DNA from: Staphylothermus marinus F1
Lineage (GTDB): Archaea; Thermoproteota; Thermoprotei_A; Sulfolobales; Desulfurococcaceae
Direction: 5' to 3'
Length of the DNA stretch: 32,000 bases
Assembly: GCF_000015945.1 (NCBI RefSeq)
Contig: NC_009033.1
Location: 1 to 32,000 of the forward strand
Part shown: piece after piece, positions 26,873-32,000 of the stretch
How positions within the stretch are numbered: the first letter of the stretch is position 1
Layout: each line of letters begins with the position of its first letter
Notes under the pieces: generated by a model
What the model was told of the DNA's origin: nothing
The model's database searches: none
What the model saw: only the letters and a program-made list of their open reading frames with translations
Translations under genes and position numbers: made by a program

Positions 26873-28078
26873 ATGATAAAGAATCTGGTTTTAATAATTT
26901 TCCTGATATTTATATGTTTATCCATAATGTTATCTTCTAATATAATAAATGGTATTGAGAGACAAGTTATTAGCCGAGATAAATTATCTAATTCACTTAC
27001 CAGTGACAACTACTATTTCTACGTCTACGGTCTACATACATGTCCACATTGTAGAGCAATGATAAAGTTCCTCAATGAAACCTATGGTAGTGAGCATCTT
27101 TATTTTTGTGATCTAAATACTAATACGACTTGTTATCAGAAGTTTATAAAACTAACGAATGCAGGTCTTCCAGGATACGTTCCAACAGTATTTATTGTGT
27201 ATAACTGTACAGTAACAGCGGTTCTCATAGGAGAATACGAGGATAAATCCTTCATTAACCAATTCATGAAAACTAATATGAACAAGACTATTCCTATTTA
27301 TGTTGCAGGTCAAGGATACATGGGCGATCTCATCATAAAAGATCATATGTCGTTCATAAATACTTATCTAAAATATGATGGATATTGTTTCATGAATAAC
27401 CAAGCGAAGTGGTCTACCAGTGTAGAAGTAGTAAAACACTATGAGATCTCTCAATTAATTGTTCCTTTGATAATCCTATCCTTGATCGACTCAGTTAATC
27501 CATGTACACTGACACTATATTTCTCATTCATAATAACATTGTTAGCTACTGGGAGAAAAGTATTCGGGCCATCTATTGTTTTTATATTGATAATTTATGC
27601 TGGATATTTGGCTATGGGCTTAGGTTTTAAAACAATTGCCCAAATATTACCTTACAAAATATTATTGATCATAGCCTTAATTCTAGGCATATATTATATT
27701 ATTGATGCTGGAAGGAGATATAAAAGAGAAATGGAGTGTAGACTATGTAATAGACTAGATATTACTAAGCGTGTTATAAAGAATCCCTATATTACCGCGG
27801 CCTTACTATCATTATTGTCTGTGACTGTTCTGCTTCCATGTACTTCGGGTCCGCTGATGATCTTTGCATCAATTATCAGGGACTATCCATTATATATTTC
27901 TATACCGGCACTTATGATCTATAACTTATTCTTCATAACTCCTTTAATAATTATCTGGATTATAACTACGTTATTGAATAAGAAGAGGGCTGTTACTGAT
28001 TTTCTTATCGATAAATCAGCTATTATAGAGTTCTTCTCTGGAATAGCCCTTATATTGATCGCATTATATTATCTCTGA
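26873..28078 (+). CDS. Fusion membrane protein: signal anchor + extracytoplasmic thioredoxin/glutaredoxin-fold domain (CPHC) + CcdA/DsbD-type 6-TM thiol-disulfide transporter core
   Basis: CPHC at 27041-27052 in a YVYGLHTCPHC...YVPTVF context (Trx-fold active site plus cis-Pro loop). CcdA hallmarks DSVNPC(211)TL in TM1 and LLPC(323)TSGP in TM4. The positive-inside rule is consistent with an N-out topology. Confidence 0.7.
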   Translation: MIKNLVLIIFLIFICLSIMLSSNIINGIERQVISRDKLSNSLTSDNYYFYVYGLHTCPHCRAMIKFLNETYGSEHLYFCDLNTNTTCYQKFIKLTNAGLPGYVPTVFIVYNCTVTAVLIGEYEDKSFINQFMKTNMNKTIPIYVAGQGYMGDLIIKDHMSFINTYLKYDGYCFMNNQAKWSTSVEVVKHYEISQLIVPLIILSLIDSVNPCTLTLYFSFIITLLATGRKVFGPSIVFILIIYAGYLAMGLGFKTIAQILPYKILLIIALILGIYYIIDAGRRYKREMECRLCNRLDITKRVIKNPYITAALLSLLSVTVLLPCTSGPLMIFASIIRDYPLYISIPALMIYNLFFITPLIIIWIITTLLNKKRAVTDFLIDKSAIIEFFSGIALILIALYYL

Positions 28079-28094
28079 AGAAGTTATCCATGAC

Positions 28095-28919
28095 TTAAAT
28101 ATATTTCTTAACAAGATCTCTTCTGCTCTTTATAAATTCCAACTCCTCTAGGAGTTTAGAAATATATTTGTCGATTTTCTCTTCTAATATATCAATAATA
28201 GTATTTAATGCTTTGTCGATCCTTTTCTTATCTTTGTTTAGTAAAAGCTCATGGTACATATATGCTCTTCCAATAGAATTCTTCGCCTGCAACCATAATA
28301 GAATTGTTTTATCATTAATTACCGTATCGTGATTGATATTTTCTATTCCATAAACCAATATGATTTCTCTTAAATAATTATAAGATACGATACGGGGAAC
28401 ATAATGGTTTATTTTTTCCATTACTAAACCGATATTTTCTCGGATATAGTTTTTGAAGATTTCTACTAATGCTGTGTTGCTATATAACCTAGTTCTAAGA
28501 GCTATATTGGAGAACTCCGAATAAATTAACTTGGTAACTATTTCTGGATAGACTAATATTTTTGAGGTTAGATAACTACTAGCTAGAATTGAGTTGATGA
28601 ATCTTTCAAGAGCATCATCTTTACTGTTAGGTATATATTTGTTAACTATTTCATGGTCTTCATTCACATACGCTTCTACTAGTTGAGGCTCTAATGGATC
28701 GATTGCTAAAATATTATTATTGGCATCTGCAAGTGCTGGGACGCTGGGAATTATTTTGAGTTGTTCAGAGTAATATTCCCTGGTAAGTGCTATTATATTC
28801 AGTTTTTCTCTGATATTTGGCTTTTTATCTATGTATTCTAGCACATTAATGCTTGAAGTACATAGAGGATGAAAATAAAGTATTCCCTTAACGTTTTTCC
28901 CGATCATATCATCCCCCAT
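28095..28919 (-). CDS. Hypothetical protein; N-terminal thioredoxin/glutaredoxin-like fold with single Cys (CTSS) + about 180-aa helical domain of unknown function
   Basis: ILYFHPLC(20)TSS...IPSVPAL...ILAIDP follows the Grx-like beta-alpha-beta / cis-Pro / beta pattern. Cys20 is the only cysteine in 274 aa. The function is inference only. Confidence 0.4.
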   Translation of the reverse strand: MGDDMIGKNVKGILYFHPLCTSSINVLEYIDKKPNIREKLNIIALTREYYSEQLKIIPSVPALADANNNILAIDPLEPQLVEAYVNEDHEIVNKYIPNSKDDALERFINSILASSYLTSKILVYPEIVTKLIYSEFSNIALRTRLYSNTALVEIFKNYIRENIGLVMEKINHYVPRIVSYNYLREIILVYGIENINHDTVINDKTILLWLQAKNSIGRAYMYHELLLNKDKKRIDKALNTIIDILEEKIDKYISKLLEELEFIKSRRDLVKKYI

Positions 28920-28986
28920 GTTAACCTTATTTAACCTTGAATATAAAGATATAAAGAAGAAAGATTATAGTTGAATTAAAACAGTT

Positions 28987-29871
28987 CTACTTATATTGAG
29001 CCTTGGATTTCTCTCTTTTATAGGCTTCCCACCATTTCTTAGCTATATTCATTGATTTAACGGGTATACTGCATTTTTTCAGGACACATATAATTTCCGA
29101 TAATATACTTACGGCTATTTCTGCAGGGGTATCGCTTCCTATGTCCAATCCTGCAGGCATATGTAATCTATCTATTATGTTATCCAGATCAATATTCTCT
29201 TCTTCAACGAGTCGTTTAAGCATCCATGTTGCACGTGTTCTACTGCATAGTGCCCATATATGTCCTGGGAATTTGTTTTTTACTAGTGTCTTCAGTGTTT
29301 GATAATCTGTTTCTACTTCTCCATACGCTATAACAGCTATGTCGTATGGTGAGTATTTAATTGATTCTATTTTTTCTACTATGTTTCCAATTAATACTTT
29401 CTCGGCGTAGGGGAATCTTTCTTTATTGGCTAATTTAGGATCGGTATCTATAATTATTGTTTTATAACCCAATATGTTCGCTATGTCAGCTATTGGTTTG
29501 CCAACGTTTCCTCCGCCTGTGATGATTAATCTAGGGGGAGGATTTATTATGTTTATAAACACTTCTACTACTCCTCCACATAACTGGTTTGTCTTGATCG
29601 CGTCGTGGGGAATATTTTCTCTTCTCAGTGCAAGCTTTATTCTTCTAGGTTTACCCTCCTGTAAGGCTTTCTTAGCTTCTTCAATAATTATTTTCTCAAT
29701 ATGTCCTCCACCGATAGTTCCTATTTTGATTCCATCCACTGTATAAACCAGGCTTGAACCAAGATCTCTGGGCCCGCTTCCTTCTTTATTCACTATTGTT
29801 GCTAATGCTACTGGATTCCTCTTTTCAAGTTCTTCAACGATCTTTTTATAAATCATCAGGTTCTCCGCCAT
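28987..29871 (-). CDS. XdhC/CoxI-family accessory protein (molybdenum-cofactor insertion chaperone family)
   Basis: N-terminal XdhC_CoxI pattern (LATIVNKEGSGPRDLGSSLVY..DG...GTIGGGHIE) and a C-terminal Rossmann-like domain (LIITGGGNVGKPIA). Confidence 0.8.
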   Translation of the reverse strand: MAENLMIYKKIVEELEKRNPVALATIVNKEGSGPRDLGSSLVYTVDGIKIGTIGGGHIEKIIIEEAKKALQEGKPRRIKLALRRENIPHDAIKTNQLCGGVVEVFINIINPPPRLIITGGGNVGKPIADIANILGYKTIIIDTDPKLANKERFPYAEKVLIGNIVEKIESIKYSPYDIAVIAYGEVETDYQTLKTLVKNKFPGHIWALCSRTRATWMLKRLVEEENIDLDNIIDRLHMPAGLDIGSDTPAEIAVSILSEIICVLKKCSIPVKSMNIAKKWWEAYKREKSKAQYK

Positions 29872-29875
29872 AGGA

Positions 29876-30139
29876 TTAATCCTCCATGATAACTTTTATT
29901 CCTCTATTACTTAGTAAGCGCTTCAATATTCTTCGTTCCTCATCCTTCATTTCTCTGTCAAGTTTCACGATCACTGAGAATCCGCCCTGTCCTATAGCAG
30001 GTGTTCCTTCGAAGAAATATATTGGCTTATACTCCTTCGTCAACAATATATGGTTCACGTCTTCGAGAGCATATCTTATATCCCAATGAGTCGGAGCTTC
30101 CTGTAAAACGATTATTTTCCTACCTATCCTTGCAATCAC
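29876..30139 (-). CDS. Hypothetical 87-aa protein, apparently co-transcribed with xdhC-like gene
   Basis: The ORF ends 4 nt before the XdhC start on the same strand. I recognise no motif. The plus-strand ORFs that overlap it are less plausible. Confidence 0.5.
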   Translation of the reverse strand: MIARIGRKIIVLQEAPTHWDIRYALEDVNHILLTKEYKPIYFFEGTPAIGQGGFSVIVKLDREMKDEERRILKRLLSNRGIKVIMED

Positions 30140-30279
30140 AAGATGCCACCTTCCATTTTCTATTGAAATATAATCATATAAAGGTATAATATAGTATCTT
30201 GTTTGCCTTAACTCTCAACACTAGATTGTAGGGACATATAGGATATATTTATTAATATATGTTTAACGGTGATTAGATA

Positions 30280-30837
30280 TTGACTATCGAAATAATATGG
30301 TGGCGATATGTATTGTCGTTTAATCTAATGATAACACATGAGCCGGGGCTTGAGAATTATCGATACGTATTATCTATTTTGAGAAGTATTATAGGGAACT
30401 ATAGAGTTGTGGATGCGGGGACCTCGGTCATATTATTACAAGTCGATGATCCATATAAAGCTGTAGAGGAGTTAAGGAAGAAAAAAGAAGAACTAAGTAT
30501 AATATATCGTGCTATACCAATCGATGTAATTGTTGATCCATATGTTGAAATTGTTGCCGAGAAATCAGCCGAGCTAGCCGAGAAAAAGATCCCAGAAGAT
30601 AAAACGTATCGGATAAGTCTAAGAGGCAGACTCTACTGGCAAGAGACCCGTATGCCTGCTCACTCTCTAGACGCTATAAAAGTAATTGCTGAAAAAATTA
30701 ATAGGCAAGTATCGTTGACTCATCCAGATTACGTAGTCTATATTCGCAGTGTTAGATTATATCATAGAAAAAGAGTTGCAACAATAACTGTTACAACACC
30801 AGATAATATTTTGTCTCTAAAGTCTAATCGCCCTTAA
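30280..30837 (+). CDS. Putative THUMP-domain RNA-binding protein (COG1818-like); start uncertain (TTG 30280, TTG 30313 or ATG 30328)
   Basis: The size and the pattern FNLMITHEPGLE...YRISLRGR...VVYIRSV resemble stand-alone archaeal THUMP proteins. This is a memory-based call and is weak. Confidence 0.45.
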   Translation: MTIEIIWWRYVLSFNLMITHEPGLENYRYVLSILRSIIGNYRVVDAGTSVILLQVDDPYKAVEELRKKKEELSIIYRAIPIDVIVDPYVEIVAEKSAELAEKKIPEDKTYRISLRGRLYWQETRMPAHSLDAIKVIAEKINRQVSLTHPDYVVYIRSVRLYHRKRVATITVTTPDNILSLKSNRP

Positions 30838-31212
30838 ATAATCGTCGTTTCTAACCAACTGGCTCAACACATCACTTACAACTCTCTGAGGATCAACTAG
30901 TAACAATAGTTCTCCCAGCGCCATTTTAACAGCTAATTTTATATCCTCCGGATCCTTTAGCTTCTCTTTTATTCCTCTCTCCTTATTCACATAGTATGGT
31001 ATTCCATCTTCTATTATAACTCCCTCCTCTACATCGTAGATCATATTGTTTTTCTCTTCGAAAAATCCTACAACATATAGTTTTCTAGGTTGTAACTTGC
31101 ATAAGTTAATTATTAGGTCTGCATAGAAACTTAGGTATTCATCTTCCAGTTCCTTTCTTTTTATTCTTAGTTTCTTAGCTTCTGAACTGTATTTTCTCAG
31201 AAACAATTTCAA
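30817..31212 (-). CDS. Hypothetical 131-aa protein
   Basis: Clean ORF with its own upstream AT-rich region. I recognise no motif. It overlaps the convergent THUMP-like gene by 21 nt. Confidence 0.5.
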   Translation of the reverse strand: MKLFLRKYSSEAKKLRIKRKELEDEYLSFYADLIINLCKLQPRKLYVVGFFEEKNNMIYDVEEGVIIEDGIPYYVNKERGIKEKLKDPEDIKLAVKMALGELLLLVDPQRVVSDVLSQLVRNDDYLRAIRL

Positions 31213-31391
31213 CTCCTTCTATCTGAGTATTAATATTTACATTTGTTTTTAATATTTTCAATAATTTTATATTTTTTGCTAATAGTTACTTATACAATAT
31301 TTTTTGATTAATAGATTAATTATTGATCCCGGAAATTAAAACAAAAAATCATGGAATCTGGTTATGATTCTAAACTGGATCTGATCTACTA

Positions 31392-31997
31392 TTAGATTTT
31401 CCCTATTGGGAACACATATAGGACTAGATATTTATTGTTTAGTCCAATTATAGTCTTGATTTGCTCATCATTAAATGCTCCTACAGCAACTGTTCCCAGC
31501 CCTAGATTTGTGGCGGCCAAGTATATGTTTTGACCAATATGTCCTGCCTCCATATAAATGTATCTAAACCCTCTCCTACCATACCACGAGGTTGTTCTTT
31601 CATAAACAGCTGTTATAACAATATTTATCGGTGCCTCTAATACCCATTTCTGATTTAAACATGCATAATATAGTTTCCTATTTTGATCACCACTACGGAT
31701 TAATATAATACTATGGGTTAATGGATCATAATAATAGATTCCAGGCTCTAAACCTATTACGCCATTTTCTCTAACAAATACAAAGATCTCCATTGGATAA
31801 GTTGCACCAGCCGAAGGAACGGTTCTCCTTCTACAATCTTCATCTATACATCCATAAGAGCTCCATAAAACCGTTGATAGCTCATTTAACGCTAATGGTT
31901 CTTTTCGGTATTTTCGATGGCTTTTCCTCTCGGATATAATCTTTAATAAACAAGTCTCGAATGATGGTTCAGGTAGTTTTATCTTAGGCTTAGGCAT
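31392..31997 (-). CDS. SagB/ThcOx-type dehydrogenase (nitroreductase superfamily)
   Basis: RKSHRKY..EPL.L.ELS..LW, the PSAGATYP motif, GIYYYDP..H and YMEAGHIGQNIYLAA are typical of the SagB-type nitroreductase fold. 201 aa. Confidence 0.8.
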   Translation of the reverse strand: MPKPKIKLPEPSFETCLLKIISERKSHRKYRKEPLALNELSTVLWSSYGCIDEDCRRRTVPSAGATYPMEIFVFVRENGVIGLEPGIYYYDPLTHSIILIRSGDQNRKLYYACLNQKWVLEAPINIVITAVYERTTSWYGRRGFRYIYMEAGHIGQNIYLAATNLGLGTVAVGAFNDEQIKTIIGLNNKYLVLYVFPIGKI

Positions 31998-32000
31998 TTT

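Noticed and set aside
1-32000. Looked for CRISPR repeats, tRNA/rRNA genes, IS elements, integrases, toxin-antitoxin pairs and known defence-system genes.
   Set aside because: None were found by eye. The intergenic regions are short (mostly under 300 bp) and AT-rich without periodic repeats, and no ORF shows transposase, integrase, nuclease-helicase or Cas-like motifs. A computational repeat search and tRNA scan would be needed to be definitive.

Overview
This is an AT-rich, tightly packed chromosomal segment with short intergenic gaps, many 1-4 nt stop/start overlaps and GGAGGTG-type Shine-Dalgarno motifs inside operons. The gene content points to a hyperthermophilic archaeon, probably a Desulfurococcales-like crenarchaeote. 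That is inference only and cannot be verified here. Left to right the window holds: a TtuA/NcsA-type tRNA thiolase; an ECF-type Ni/Co importer (cbiM/N/Q/O) followed by nikR; a PfkB sugar kinase; a four-gene flavoenzyme operon of the archaeal alpha-beta-gamma-delta proline-dehydrogenase / opine-oxidase / HcnABC type; hypE-hypC; a GH38 alpha-mannosidase; hypF; a secreted beta-propeller protein plus a membrane-anchored wHTH regulator; a 13-gene Mrp-linked group-4 [NiFe] membrane-bound hydrogenase (Mbh-like) operon; a thioredoxin-fold/CcdA fusion membrane protein; a single-Cys thioredoxin-like protein; XdhC plus a small partner ORF; a THUMP-like protein; an unknown 131-aa ORF; and a SagB-type nitroreductase. 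I saw no rRNA, tRNA, CRISPR array, transposase/integrase or recognisable defence genes. I do not see a clear-cut new multi-gene system. The most unusual items are (i) the NuoI-like hydrogenase subunit, which has no canonical start codon and sits at a TAATA stop/start junction, (ii) the extracytoplasmic CPHC thioredoxin-fold domain fused to a CcdA core that carries an extra cytoplasmic CxxC, with a single-Cys Trx-like neighbour, (iii) the rearranged Mbh module order next to nickel uptake, sensing and maturation genes, and (iv) an orphan XdhC with a small partner. All protein family calls come from reading motifs in the supplied translations. No database search was run.
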